A DNA stretch of 64,000 nt from Eledone cirrhosa (taxonomy: Eukaryota), in NCBI GenBank assembly GCA_964016885.1, contig OZ024743.1, positions 253,456,001 to 253,520,000 of the forward strand. Direction: 5' to 3'. Of the stretch, positions 13,678-27,013 are shown piece after piece (within the stretch, counting starts at the first letter, position 1; every line of letters begins with the position of its first letter). The notes below the pieces were generated by a model that made no database searches, had not been told where the DNA came from, and saw only the letters and a program-made list of their open reading frames with translations. A program made the position numbers and the translations under genes.

Positions 13678-14426
13678 AACAACAACAACCAGAACAACAC
13701 GGAAAATAACAACACAAAACACTGTTCCACCCAACCCCTCCCCACCTAAAACAAATACAAAAGCAACCACAACAAAACCCCAAAATATACCCCTCCCCAA
13801 CAACACGGAAGAGGATTCCGTATCAACGTCACCCAGTGACGACGAGGAAGAACCCTTTCAACAGGTGAAAAGGAAAAAAAAAGGCACCACATTAACAAAA
13901 ATGCTACAAACACACAACCACCAGCACAAACAGAACAAACATCACAAACAAAAAACCCACCCCTCCCCAAAACATAACACATACTACAAAACGCAAACAC
14001 GCACAAGAACAACAAACAAAAACAAACACAACACAACAAAAACTCTATACATACATTAACAAGAACAATAAAACTTTGATGAAAGCAATAGAAAATAACC
14101 CTTCGGTGGAAACGGAAGGGATCACTTTCACCTACGCAGCGAACAAACCACACCTAATGATGATTAGGGTCCCAACGGGAAACCTATGTAACTTTGAAAA
14201 AGAACCATCCAATGCATGTGGGGACCACATGCACCAAACCACTTAACAGCGTCCTATTGAGATGTTTCTACACCCCCACACCGGACACCCACACCCCACC
14301 AAACACCCTAATCCCACAACACTGCTGACCTCACCCCACCACAAACCACCACCCCACCAAACAACACTTCCAACACCCCCATGGAAATTGTGCAGCCTGT
14401 TCCCCAGGAGACGAAGAGGCAAGTAA
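12424..14426 (+). pseudogene. LINE ORF1 (gag-like) with frameshifts
   Basis: TFAQTVK, P.FTFFPTYRGKRT.RIKI and VEGRRPSCYHCLSRSQIRAACP (degenerate CX2CX4HX4C knuckle); low-complexity N/T/H tracts; immediately upstream of the ORF2 ATG. Confidence 0.7.
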
Positions 14427-14463
14427 TTTCCTTTCCTCTTGCTTTTAACTCTTCAGCACCAAC

Positions 14464-17400
14464 ATGGCCAATATAAGAGTTGGATGTGTGAATGCACGCG
14501 GCCTGGGGATGTCCTGGAAACAGGGCAAACTCTTAAATGACCTCAGGTCGCACAGAGTGGATATAATGGTTATTTGCGAGTCCAGGATCAGCAGCGAGCG
14601 CCAACTGGCCCCCATCTTCGACGACTTTGAGATCTACGCATCTCTCTGTCAACCGAGGGGTGGGGGTGGGGTTGTCGTTCTGCTGCGAAAATACCTGGGT
14701 CTTGCCACACAGAAGGTACACCTGGACCCGGAGGGTCGACTGGTGGTTTTAGACGTCGGCAGTGGTGAAGGTGGAGCTTTCAGGCTGGTGGCAGCGTATG
14801 CCCTATCTGGGACACCGCGACCGGACTTCTTCTGACGCCTGGAGAATTTCCTGGGAACGTCTCGCTCCTTGCTTTTAGTGGGGGACTGGAATGGTATAAG
14901 GATGCACGTTGGGACTATGTAGGGCCATGTCCCGATAGAGGGGGGTGTAACAGCCTCAAACGATTAATCGGCCGATTTGATCTGGCCGATAGATATCGAC
15001 TAGATTTTCCGATTGTGCCACTGTGGACGTGGACTAATCCCAAGGAACATCTAGGTCTTACCTAGACAGGTTCCTAGTTAGAAATAAGGATAGGGACATA
15101 TTAAGCTGTCCACAAATGTTCATGGTTGACTATTCGGATCACAAATTGGTGACCGGAGTGGTCAATCTTGATAGAACTCATAGACAGGGACCCGGTTATT
15201 GGAAGCTAAACTTGTCTTTACCGACAAACAAAGCTTACAGTAAGCGGATTAGCAAACTAGTTAAGCAGCGTTTGACGGGGGCAATTGTCAACAGCAGGTG
15301 GTGGGGCTCTCTCAAGAGAGAAATTAGAATAGAATCGATAGGTTTTAGTCGGGAATTAGCATCAGATAGGAATAGAACTGAAAGGGAATTAATAAATAGA
15401 GTAGAAGAGGCGATTAGGAGTGGCAACGTGGCGGCGTGCTGGCGTCAAGAACGGCCCTAGACCAGTTCTTTGATGCGAAGCACGACGGCTGTGTTGTCAG
15501 GAGTAAAATACATGCTCTGGGTAACGTGGGAGCCAAAGCTGTTAGCTGGGCCCGAGTGACAGAGGCAAAAAGGGGAAACAAGTCCACGATTCGGTCTTTG
15601 AAGGACCAGGATGGCGCGTGATCCTTCAACCTGAGAGGATGAGGCCATGGATTTCGGTCCATACCTCGACGGTCTTGCGCGGTTCTCAGACGGGGAGGCG
15701 AAGTCCTGCGAGAGGCCGATTTCAGCCGCTGAAATAGGGGAAGCGCTTAGTCAATGCGGCAAACGCAAATCTCCGGGTCTCGATGGTCTACCATACGAAC
15801 TTTATGTAGCGATGCCGGGCTTGTTCTCCGGTCTCCTCGAGGCGGTCTACTGCAACTGGCAACAGAACGGGAGAATTCCCAGTTCTGTGACCAAGGGCGT
15901 AGTCACGCTGGTGAGGAAGGACGAGAACAAGGGGGATGACATAGATAACTTCAGGCCCATAACCCTGCTAAACACAGAGTTAAATATGTTGGCCAAGGTG
16001 TTAGCGAAGAGGTTGGCGCTTGTCGTCGGGAACCTGGTGGAAGAAGCGCAGACATGCGCAATCCCGTCCAGGTCCATACACGACAACCTCCACATCATGC
16101 GATACATCGTAGACAGGGTAGGGAACGAACCCGGCTTTGGTGGGGCCCTGATCAACTTGGATCAATCTAATGCTTTCGATAGGGTTGACCATCGGTACCT
16201 GGATGCGGTGCTCGCGGCGGCAGGCTCAGGACCCGTTTTCAGGGGCTGGATTGCTGCAATGCACAGCAGCAACACCTGCTCGAGGGTCAAGCTGAACGGC
16301 TACCTCTCGGAGCCGTTCCAAATCACGAGATCCATCCGACAGGGATACCCTCTCTTCTCCCTCCTGTATGTGCTGGATCTCGAGCTACTACTGCGGAAGC
16401 TGCAGCTGTTGCAGGGCATCCCCTTGGAACCGGGATTGCGGAAAGTGGTGTCGGCCTACGCTGATGACGTGACAGTAATGGTGTCGTGCGCCTCGGAAAT
16501 CGGGCAGATCGGCACCTTACTGCAGGAATATGAAAGGTTCACAGGAGCCAAGCTGAACCGGGACAAGTCCGTCGGTTTGCAACTCGGGACGTGGAGGGGT
16601 AAAACGATGCCCGCCGACGGCATAGTCGGACGCTGGACGGAGGCACCGGTGAAGTTGCTCGGGGTCTGGTTCGGACCGGACTTCCAGGTGGAGAAAAACT
16701 GGGACGAGGTAAGGGGAAAGGTGTTTGCACTCGCCCAGAAGTGGGCCAAGTGCAAACTATCCCTGAAAGTTCGAGCGGAGGTGCCGAACGCTTATATAGC
16801 GTCCGTCATCTACTACCGCTTGACCGTCGTGCCTTGCCCAGAGAAAACACTCGCCAAAATGGAGGGGGCGCTGTTCCAATTTCTTTGGAAGAAGCGGGAT
16901 CCTTTGGTGAGAAGATCCATCTGTTGTCAACACACTTCGAACGGAGGGCTGGGGGTGCCGTGGCTGACGATGCGTAGACACGCATTAAGGTTACGGCACC
17001 TCCAGGTATTCCTCACCGGTCAGCCGGTGTGGGCCCTGTTTGTGAGGCGAGCCTTTCCGAGACCCGTCTCACTCACCGAGCTACAATCGTGGGTGAAGCA
17101 AAGACCGAGAAAAGTGGGTGACTGGCACATTGGATGTGCCCAGGCGCTCACGGCCTCTGGCAAGCGGATCCGGCAATCAGTGGAGACTCAACCTCAACAT
17201 TCTATAGAGGGTTGGTGCGCAGTAAGTGTGACGACGCTCTCGGAGAGGCTCTGGGCATGGAGGAAGATGAGCTGGCCAGTTTGTTCGGTAGGACGTTTGG
17301 CCTGGGACCGATGGACAACTTCCAAAAGTCCCTGGCTTGGCAATGTTACCGAGGGGCTCTACCTGTTCGGGACAAGCTCTACAGACACGGGCGCCCGGGT

Positions 17401-17828
17401 AGGGACCCCTCGAAGAAGATCTGTCCGAGATGCGTGCGTGACGAGGAAACCGTCGCACACGCATTCGTACACTGCCCGGACGTTGCTGACCTGTGGAACG
17501 ACTACTGTCGCGCGTGGGACCAATCCGGTTGACCACCGAGAACATTGTCACGATCAAACCGCCTCCACCTTTCAAAAACGAAGGAGTGGCGGTTTTCCTC
17601 TGTGTGATAGCTATGGCGAAAGAAGTTGTATGGTGGACAAGGTTGAAATGGCTGAGGTCAAACACCTTTCTCTCCGGCCAACAACTGGTCTTTTTTTTCA
17701 AGTACCACTTTAGAAGAAGGATCAGAATGGACAGAGAGGTGCTCTACCCCAGCAAGTTTTATGAAAGGTGGGTGAAAGTAGCGAGAATGGCCCGAGTGAA
17801 TGCGCCTAATCTCTATATCAGCCTGTAG
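14464..17828 (+). pseudogene. LINE ORF2: AP endonuclease, reverse transcriptase, C-terminal Zn finger
   Basis: VGCVNARGL, ICESR, GDWN, YLDRF, SDHKLV, GPGYWKLN, KSPGLDGLP, NFRPITLLN, NAFDRVDH, IRQG.PL, SAYADD, KLLGVWF, GGLGVP and CPRC..ETVAHAFVHC. Several stops and frameshifts (14833, ~14900, ~15430, 15619, ~17160, ~17500). Confidence 0.93.
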
Positions 17829-18518
17829 GTGAGAGAGGAGAAGAATGAGAAGAGGAAGGAAGCACCCGCTCTTTGTGCTCCTGAAGAGGAGGGTTGCACA
17901 TTTTTTCGGGGGTGTGTGCGACACATGTCAACGCCCCACCCTATTGAGGACATCGATGGTTAAATTTAATTTGTTATATGTTTTTTACACGTTTTTTTAA
18001 ATGTACGTAAATCCCCCCTTTGTATTTGTCCCATTCTTTGATGCCCTGCTGGCAAATAAATAGAAATTTATATCTGTTTCTACATAACATGTACATAAAT
18101 TTTAGCGCATATAAAAATAGATGTGTGTTTGGTGGTTTGGGTAGAAAATTATAATTATGGGGGGGGGGGGGGATCCGTCCCCCCCCCCTTTTTCTTCCAT
18201 CGCCCCTTACTATTATTGAGCGTCTGTTCATCTGACGAGTATGCTGTTTGTTCATCACCAATGTCTGTCTGTATATTTGTTTATTCTAGTCTTAATTTTG
18301 CAAATAAAATAGTATCAATCAGTTCTTTCTTCGCGTGTCCCGACATTTGATCACAGAGGGGTAATTTCGTTTTAAAATTATCTTTGGTCTGTTATCAAAT
18401 GTTATAAGAAAATTAAAAAAAGTTTATGAATTTTGAAATTGATATTTCTCGAGGGAGGCAGAATCTAACATTGCCTATGGTGCCATATAGCATGGCACCA
18501 TAGGCAATGTTAGATTCT

Positions 18519-18639
18519 ATATATATATATATATATATGTGTGTGTATGTATGTATATATGTATGTATATATATATGTATATATATATATATATGTGTGT
18601 ATGTATATATGTATGTATATATATATGTATATATATGTA

Positions 18640-18712
<73 letters not shown>

Positions 18713-18809
18713 ATGTATATATATATATGTATATATGTATATATATGTATGTATATATATATGTATATATATATATATATATGTGTGTATGTATATATGT
18801 ATGCATATA

Positions 18810-18848
<39 letters not shown>

Positions 18849-18851
18849 ATG

Positions 18852-18906
<55 letters not shown>

Positions 18907-18915
18907 ATGTATATA

Positions 18916-18946
<31 letters not shown>

Positions 18947-19073
18947 GTGTATGTATATATATATATGTATATATATATATATGTGTATGTATATATATAT
19001 GTATATATATATATGTGTATGTATATATATATGTGTATGTATATATATATGTATATATATATATATGTGTATG

Positions 19074-19122
<49 letters not shown>

Positions 19123-19575
19123 GTGTATGTATATATATATGTATATATATAAATGTGTATGTATATATATGTATATATATATAAATGTGTATGTATATAT
19201 ATGTATATATATATATATGTGTATGTATATATATATGTATATATATATATGTGTATGTATATATATATGTATATATATATGTGTATGTATATATATATGT
19301 ATATATATATGTGTATGTATATATATATGTATATATATATGTGTGTATGTATATATGTATGTATATATATATATGTGTATGTATGTATGTATGTATATAT
19401 ATATGTGTGTATGTATGTATGTATGTATATATATATGTATATGTGTATGTATGTATGTATATATATATGTATGTATATGTGTATGTATATATGTATGTAC
19501 ATATATATATGTATAGATATATATATATATGTGTATGTATATATATATATATATATGTGCATGTATATATATATG
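18519..19575. repeat. ~1-kb compound (TA)n/(TATG)n microsatellite
   Basis: Directly visible; similar tracts at 4925-5630, 6240-7440, 20270-20690, 35915-36740 and 52275-52770. Confidence 0.95.
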
Positions 19576-19859
19576 TATTTGTCAGGTCAGCAGTTGTTGC
19601 TACTGGTAACATGTATTCCAGTACAACCTGTCCCATGGTCGGGTCGTTGGCGACTAAACTGGCAACACCACCAAGGTTTCTTGGTGAGGAGGGTGATTTG
19701 GGACATCCTGCAGGACTAAAAACAAAACCTGTCAAAGGGCAAAGGAGCTCTTAAGAGTCAATGACCATCCAAAATCACCGGGAGAGATGACCCCTTAGCC
19801 TTTGTCAAGTCAGAATTCTAGGAGAAGGAAAACTCTGATATAACACCTGCAACTCTGAT

Positions 19860-20170
19860 GGTATCCAATGATGTTGACTTGTTCTTCTTTTTGGTAAATA
19901 TCATCTTGGTTAAGAGAGTGGGACTGGCTTTGTGCACTGCCTTTGCTCACTATAAAAGCTTCACGGCACAGGCATTGCTTAATATCTGGAGATCTCCCTG
20001 CACTTGTCGCCACATGGTATCATGGGCCCAGCACTATGTGTCAATAATTGTCACAAGTGTAGTGTTTGTAACAGAGTTTTCAAGTTGCTGGCTGGACTAA
20101 AAAGTCACACTCGTTCAGCGCATCGGTAGGGATTCTCCTACATGGATATAAAGTAGTGGCCGTACTCGAA
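19860..20170 (-). pseudogene. Possible highly decayed GIY-YIG (Penelope/Poseidon-like) endonuclease remnant
   Basis: Minus-strand fragments YIHVGES (YIGET-like) and CLCREAFIVSK..SLNQDD (E-x-x-x-I..LN-x-D-like), in different frames, between two (TA)n tracts. Confidence 0.35.
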
Positions 20171-20431
20171 AACGAGTTGTCAGCCACCATATATATATAT
20201 ATATATATATAAAATATTAAAAAAATAATGAATAAAACAATTCCTTATATTAAACAAAAAAAGTTCATATATATATGTATATATATGTATATATGTGTGT
20301 ATATATATATATGTGTGTATGTATATATATATATGTATATATGTATATATGTGTATGTATATATATATGTATATATATATATATATGTGTGTATGTATAT
20401 ATGTATGCATATATATATGTGTATGTATATA

Positions 20432-20480
<49 letters not shown>

Positions 20481-20567
20481 ATGTATATATATATGTATAT
20501 ATATATATATGTGTATGTATATATATATGTATATATATATATGTGTATGTATATATATATGTGTATG

Positions 20568-20616
<49 letters not shown>

Positions 20617-20708
20617 GTGTATGTATATATATATGTATATATATAAATGTGTATGTATATATATGTATATATATATATATGTGTATGTATATACCTCACT
20701 TTCTAATA

Positions 20709-20739
<31 letters not shown>

Positions 20740-20883
20740 TATTATTAGAAAGTGAGGTTTTTTTACAAAATGAAAAATAACCGAGGTGTTCAAAACGAGT
20801 GAAAGTATAAAGAAAAAAAAGATGAAATCGAAAATGCAACTGGAGTCTTATTTTAAAAAAAATATATATATAATTATTTGATT

Positions 20884-20921
20884 CCTTTACCGGTTTCGCA
20901 GTTCTTCTGCTTTTCAAAAGT
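20884..20921 (-). ncRNA. Minimal type I hammerhead, U3-A8 core variant
   Basis: Minus strand reads CTT-TTGAAAA-GCAG-AAGAA-CTGC-GAAA-CCG-GTA-AAGG. Confidence 0.6.
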
Positions 20922-21139
20922 AGAGTTGAGATGGAGGGTCTGTGGAAAATATGTTCATTCAAAAATATTCCTACTAACGGAATCATTTTCCTACACACAC
21001 ACACAAAATATATATTCTCTTCATCTTAACATGCTAACCATACTCCCACACACACATACCCACACACACACAACTCTCTCCCCCATTTCTACTAATAGAA
21101 CCACTTTCCTACACACACAGGTTTTGAAAATAGTTCATA

Positions 21140-22026
21140 ATAGCAGTGGTACCCCGCGTTGCACGGGATAAGGTATTTTGAAACGCGGGCCGCCAACAGA
21201 CCTAATCGTGGAAAAACTGCATGCATGGACAATATGTAAAGAAAATAAACCGAATAATCTGATGGCTGGATAATCTTTAATATTTTCCTCAATGAAGCAG
21301 GGAAAGTGCAGGTTTTCAGCTAAAGCGGGCCCTAGGGTATCAAGAAAATGAATTTTTAATATGTGCCAAATATGCCTTGAAATTTCGAGAAAATCGGCTA
21401 GACGTAACGCCTCGAAAAAGCCCTAAAAATCTGAAAAAAAATGAAATTTTTCACCTAATGCGGGTCCTAGGCCATAAACAAGTTGGATTCTTTGCTCACG
21501 GTATGTAGTAGAGACTGACTAATACAATAGTTACAATTTCAAGGAAATTGGTCTGACGTAACGCCCCCAAAACCCACTAAAACCTTAAAAAAACGCAGTT
21601 TTTCACCTAAGGCGCGCCCTAGGGGATCAAAAAGTTGAATTTATGTGCATAATACTCGATGAAACATGTAAAGTTTCGAAAAAAGTCGGTTGGGTACTTC
21701 TCAAGTTTTCGGGATTCAACCTCACACCACACACACACAGATACCCCCAGGGAAGTGACGTAATGCAGACAGTCAGCCATACAGACAGATACTGTAAGGG
21801 CGCGACGTTATATGTATGTATCTATCTAAAAAGAGAAAGACTATGACTTACAGAGAGAGATCGCTAAATCGTCTAATGCGGTTCCTAGGGCATTGTTTGC
21901 TCAGAGCACTTCCTGAAACATAAGTATTACATGGGTAAAGTTTGAAAATAGTCGGTTGGGTGTTTCTCGAGTTTTGGGGATTCAAACTCACACACAGACA
22001 GACATCCTCAGTTTTATATATATAGA
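21140..22026 (-). mobile_element. Non-autonomous Helitron
   Basis: Minus strand begins A|TCTATATATATAAAACTGAGGATGTCTGTCTG and ends with hairpin CCCGTGCAACGCGGG plus 9 nt and CTAT. Internal imperfect repeats (CCTAGGG, GACGTAACGCC). Confidence 0.75.
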
Positions 22027-23435
22027 TTATTGTAATTGCAGTTATTTTTTGGTTCTGAATTTCCTACATCTCCATATAAATATATTTCCTCTGCGCTTAG
22101 GAATTTCGTATATTCGAACTTCACACACACACACACACGCGTGTATGTGTGTGTGAGAGTGCACGCGCGTGAATGCGTGTATGTGTTTGCATGTAAAGAT
22201 TCTGCACCCCACATTGAGCAATTTCATATCTGCACAAATAGCAATCCAGATGATTGATGGTCTGCAAGAAAATGATGATGATAACGATAGCCCACTACAT
22301 TAGTTGGATATAGTGATATCAATACATGCATGTATACAATCTCACACACACAAACGCTGAGATATCTAAACATTGGCAGTCACACCCACCTATACCCCCA
22401 TCACATATACACACACTATTAATGTACACTATTAATAATATTCACAACTATCTAGGCACAAACATAGACACAAATCCACCACCATATATCTATCTATCTA
22501 TCTATTTATCTGTCTATCTATCTATCTATCAATTTATGTATCTATCTATATATATATGGATATATATATACAGAGAGAGAGAAACAACGAAAGAGAGAGA
22601 GAGATGGAGAGAGAGAGAGAGAGTAGAGGGATCCACCAAGAAAAGGCACACAGAAAACCAGTTACATAAAATATATATGCTCCTCTCTAGCAGGAAAAAG
22701 GAGATTAAAAGATGAAATGAAATACATGTAAGTATGTATGTATGTACGTATGTATGTGGTTAATAAGTTTGTAAATATATATGCATGTATGAATGCGAAG
22801 AAATTGTCAGATTGAAGCATTCCATTGTGACAAAATAGTGTTATTACTGCGAATCTATGGATTTTCACGAGAAGAAATTCCAGAAAGAGAAAATATACTT
22901 AAGAGAAAGTTGAAAAAAAAAAATATAATAATTTACATGAAAAAGGCAAATAAAAGAAATATTTAAAATAGGTGAAGACGTAGAGAACCAAGTATATCAA
23001 CTATAGAAACAAAATTCTTTCGTTAATTTGAAATGTATATACAAGATTTTCAATGCCGTTCACTCTGCTGAAAAATGTCTTAGACTTGTGGGGCCCCACA
23101 ATTTTGTTCTCTCGTCTGCACACCCTCACTAAACCATTGGCTTTCATCTTCTCATCCACCACCTTTAGCTACATTTCTTCCTCCACTTCCTCCACTTCTT
23201 TTCTCAATCATTTTCATCATTCCTTATCTTATTCCATTTCTCTTCACAATATCCTTCACTGAATCTATTTCTCCCCCACACCACCCACCCACTTATTTCC
23301 TTCCTCAACACATGACTAACCCATCTCATCCAAATTCCCGCCACAGCATACATCAGCGTCTCTATTCAATTCATACAGTCACCTACGAAAAATATATGCT
23401 TAGTTGTGCTTGTAGACACCTGAATTATAGGCATT

Positions 23436-23686
23436 GTTAGCTTAAGAGAACCTTAAAAATAGGGAGTGGCATCCCCAGTTTGAACTTGTACCTATAAATA
23501 TAGCTTTTAAAGAATCCCCTTTTCTTTAAGCCCATCAACCAATGACCTCCACCCATGCCAATCACCACCTTCTCCTACCACCAGAAAATATATAAATACC
23601 ACCATATTACTTGAACAGTCAGCTTCCTGATGATTTCTCACGAATGAATCAGTTCTAGTCCTGTAGAATCTTTCCTGTATTAAATA
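23436..23686 (+). repeat. Diverged solo pLTR of the 4389-8055 PLE family with a decayed hammerhead
   Basis: Aligns to 7699-7985; reads CTGATGA..GAAT (GAAA mutated)..GTA-GAATC. Confidence 0.7.
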
Positions 23687-24021
23687 TATATCGAGAAGTA
23701 ATTTGATTGGTTGGTCAGTGATTGTAGTAAGTTTCGCGCCAGTTCGTATTACAGAACAATGCGAATAAATAAGGAAAATATGTTTATTCCAAAATATAGA
23801 CCAACATTAAATAAGGTTTAATATACATTATGTCAACACCACAATATGACATACACATAACACCTTCTACTTTAGAAAATAAAAACCCGAACTAAATAAA
23901 CCTTAACATACGTTTGCACTGGCAATACAACAGCAAACACGAAAAAGTAAGGAAAATATGTTCATTCAAAAATATTCCTACTAAAGGAATCACTTTCCTA
24001 CACACACACATACACACACAC

Positions 24022-24052
<31 letters not shown>

Positions 24053-24322
24053 TCTCTTCATCTTAACATGCTAACCATACTCCCACACACATAACACCCA
24101 TACACACACATAACAACCCCCACACCTACAACTCCCTCCCCATTTCTACTAATAGAACCACTTTCCTACACACATATATATATACACACACACACAATAT
24201 ATATTCTCTCCATCTTAACATACTCGCACACACACACATAACACCCATATACACACACAACTCCCTCCCCTATCTCTACTAATAGAATCATCTTCCAATA
24301 CACACATACACACACACACACA

Positions 24323-24361
<39 letters not shown>

Positions 24362-24885
24362 ACACACAAGCACACAAATAAACATACATATCTTCAGTCT
24401 CAATAGAAAATCTGAACTCTGACACCCCGGCCAGCTGGCCATATTCACTGAACCAGAACATTCCTCCCAATCCCTTTTCTTTTGACCACTATCTCTCCAT
24501 TGTCATAAAATTCACTATAAAGACTACAGAATAGTTTTCCAAATAAGGGCGCAAAAATGTAATAAAAACTTGTTCACGTGACAGCCAAATTTCATTTATA
24601 ACCAACCAAAAATAAGACTTCGTGAGCCTCCTTTTTTCAAGTAAAAAGAAATTCAAACACTCATATATGAAAAAACAACCTGTGATAAACCCCCCCCCCC
24701 TCTCTCTCTTATTTGAAGAACTATTGTAACGCGAACTGGCGCGAAATTTATTATAATTATTGACTAACCAATCAATTTACTTCTCGAAAAACCTGGAATT
24801 TCGAGCCACTTTTTCCATATAAAACAAGTAACATTCAGAGACCAACCAGATGTGAGAAAAACCACAGACCCTCCATCTCAACTCA

Positions 24886-24923
24886 CCTTTTGAGAAGCAG
24901 AAGAACTGCGAAACCGGTAAAGG
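24886..24923 (+). ncRNA. Minimal type I hammerhead, U3-A8 core variant
   Basis: CCTT-TTGAGAA-GCAG-AAGAA-CTGC-GAAA-CCG-GTA-AAGG: 4-bp stem I, 4-bp stem II, palindromic ACCGGT stem III, GUA site at 24917-24919. Confidence 0.7.
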
Positions 24924-25054
24924 AACCAAATAAATATATATATTTAAAAAAAAAATAAGACTTCAGTTGCATTTTCGATTTCATCTTTTTTTCTTTATAC
25001 TTCCACTCGTGTAGGACACCACGGTTATTTTTCATTTTGTAAAAAAAACCTCAC

Positions 25055-25136
<82 letters not shown>

Positions 25137-25158
25137 GTATATATATATATATATATAT

Positions 25159-25318
25159 AACGAAGGAAATGTGGTAAGGAACTAGGTGGACCTTAACGCA
25201 CCAAAGTACTCAATACTTGTGGTAGAAGAGTGGGTAATAGGAACCAGTAAGACCCCGACGGTAAGAATTAGCCGTCGAAACGGCTTGAGCTCAGCCGTCG
25301 GGGTCTTACTTGTTCCTA
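25159..25318. mobile_element. Family A fold-back element, copy 2
   Basis: Same sequence as 441-653 with a different inversion breakpoint; (TA)n on both sides. Confidence 0.7.
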
Positions 25319-25355
25319 TATATATATATATATAATGTATATATATATATATATA

Positions 25356-25430
<75 letters not shown>

Positions 25431-25894
25431 TATGTATACGTACATACATATATGTGTACAGACGTACAGTAGTATGTATATATATATACATACATGCACA
25501 CATATATATATATATATATGTACGTATGGGTTTACCGAACATTTATTATAATATTCGGTTTGTTTGTAAACAAACAAACATCCCGAATTACGCCGTTCAG
25601 TGCGCGGCAACCATCGTCGCTTTTTTGTTCAATACTGACAAAGGAACGATGTACTAGTTTCAAGCTTATTAGCTATCGTCAGTATCGTATACCTTTCTGT
25701 CAGATGATTGAACGTTTGAGATTTTGTGAGAAATCATCATGAAGCTAACTGTCCAAGTAGTATGGTGGTAGGAGAGGCTGGGATGTATCAAGTTCCTGTT
25801 TTCTTTTTAACACTCTCTTTCTTATTTCTCTATTTCTTTCTTTCTTTATATTTTCCCTCGCACTCTGTCTCTGTATGTATATATATATATATAT

Positions 25895-26136
25895 ATTTAT
25901 TAAAATAACAGATTAAAGTTTAAGCAAAGAATCGCTGCTTTCACACTTAACGGGATCTTTGTGAAACTAACCTTAGTTAGTTTCAGAAGATCCCGTTAAG
26001 GGTGAAAGCAGCGATTCTCTGCTTAAATTTTTATATGTTATTTTAATAAATATTTGCTCTACGGATCTTATATATTTGATATATATTTATCCGTATCGAG
26101 CCCTCTTTGGATTATAGTCTTCAAATTTATTATTAT

Positions 26137-26140
<4 letters not shown>
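25895..26140 (+). mobile_element. Short fold-back element with decayed hammerhead
   Basis: 25895-25959 is inverted to ~25987-26052. Reads C(A)GAAGA-TCCCGTTAAGGGT-GAAA-GCAGCGATTCTCTGC-TT; (TA)n flanks. Confidence 0.55.
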
Positions 26141-26168
<28 letters not shown>

Positions 26169-26170
<2 letters not shown>

Positions 26171-26897
26171 ACGGTATTTTAACGATAGTTATAGCTCTGA
26201 TTTATCTAAATTATTGAGCCCTCTGCCGCTCATATCGAATTTTGTTTATCGTGAACTCGTGCGCCGATTTTTCGATACTCGATTATTCTACTATATTTAG
26301 CTCTAGACCTAGCTATTGACCAGTTAATTTTATTGTTCATTTTTTGTCGATTCTATTAAATGATGAATAGCTCCTGTTTATTTTAACATGTCTATTGAGC
26401 ACTCTTATTCGATATGTGTATTTCCACATTTTCCCGAATATTTTTCGCGGATATAGAGGTTATCTCCCTTGCTGAATTCCATGTGCGTATTTAGCCTGGG
26501 TTATGCCTTTTCATTCGTTTGGACAAAGCTCGTTGAGGAAGTAAACTCCCGTCGGCTGGCACCTAGAAGTCTTATATATTTTTATGTGAGCTGATAGAGG
26601 ACAGTTTAAGGATTTACAGAAACCCAAGAAGCTAGATTTACCATCTTTCTAGCGGATTCGGGTATGCTTTTTACATTCATTTGATTTATTGATTTATTGA
26701 TTTTTTATCTGAGTGTCCCGAATCTTCCAGATCGCAATTTTTCGGTTGTATGGTTGATTATAGACTTGTTCTATGTGTGACGGTATTTTAACGATAGTTA
26801 TAGCTCTGATTTATCTAAATTACAGAGCCCTCTGCCGCTCATATCGAATCTTGTTTATCGTGAACTCGTGCGCCGATTTTTCGATACTCGATTATTC

Positions 26898-26905
<8 letters not shown>
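26169..26905 (+). mobile_element. Non-coding partial-tandem element with ~125-bp direct terminal repeats (pLTR-like), in (TA)n
   Basis: TGACGGTATTTTAACGATAG..GATTATTCTACTATAT at 26169-26296 and 26778-26905; period ~610 bp. Confidence 0.65.
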
Positions 26906-26954
<49 letters not shown>

Positions 26955-26981
26955 GTCAGAGTGGGAGGGAAAGTAGAAGGA

Positions 26982-27013
<32 letters not shown>

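Larger units (their letters stand above)
11960..18320 (+). mobile_element. Near-full-length Tx1/L1-clade non-LTR retrotransposon (degenerate)
   Basis: CT-rich repetitive 5' region, ORF1 with Zn knuckle, ORF2 APE-RT-CCHC, and a 3' UTR with AATAAA at ~18303. Boundaries approximate; no TSD identified. Confidence 0.85.
20745..25062. mobile_element. Composite non-coding PLE-derived element with ~200-bp inverted ends, each containing a hammerhead, interrupted by later insertions
   Basis: 20745-20944 is the reverse complement of ~24863-25062; 23691-23752 is inverted to 24725-24787; 20945-21118 is a direct copy of ~23951-24172. Confidence 0.6.
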
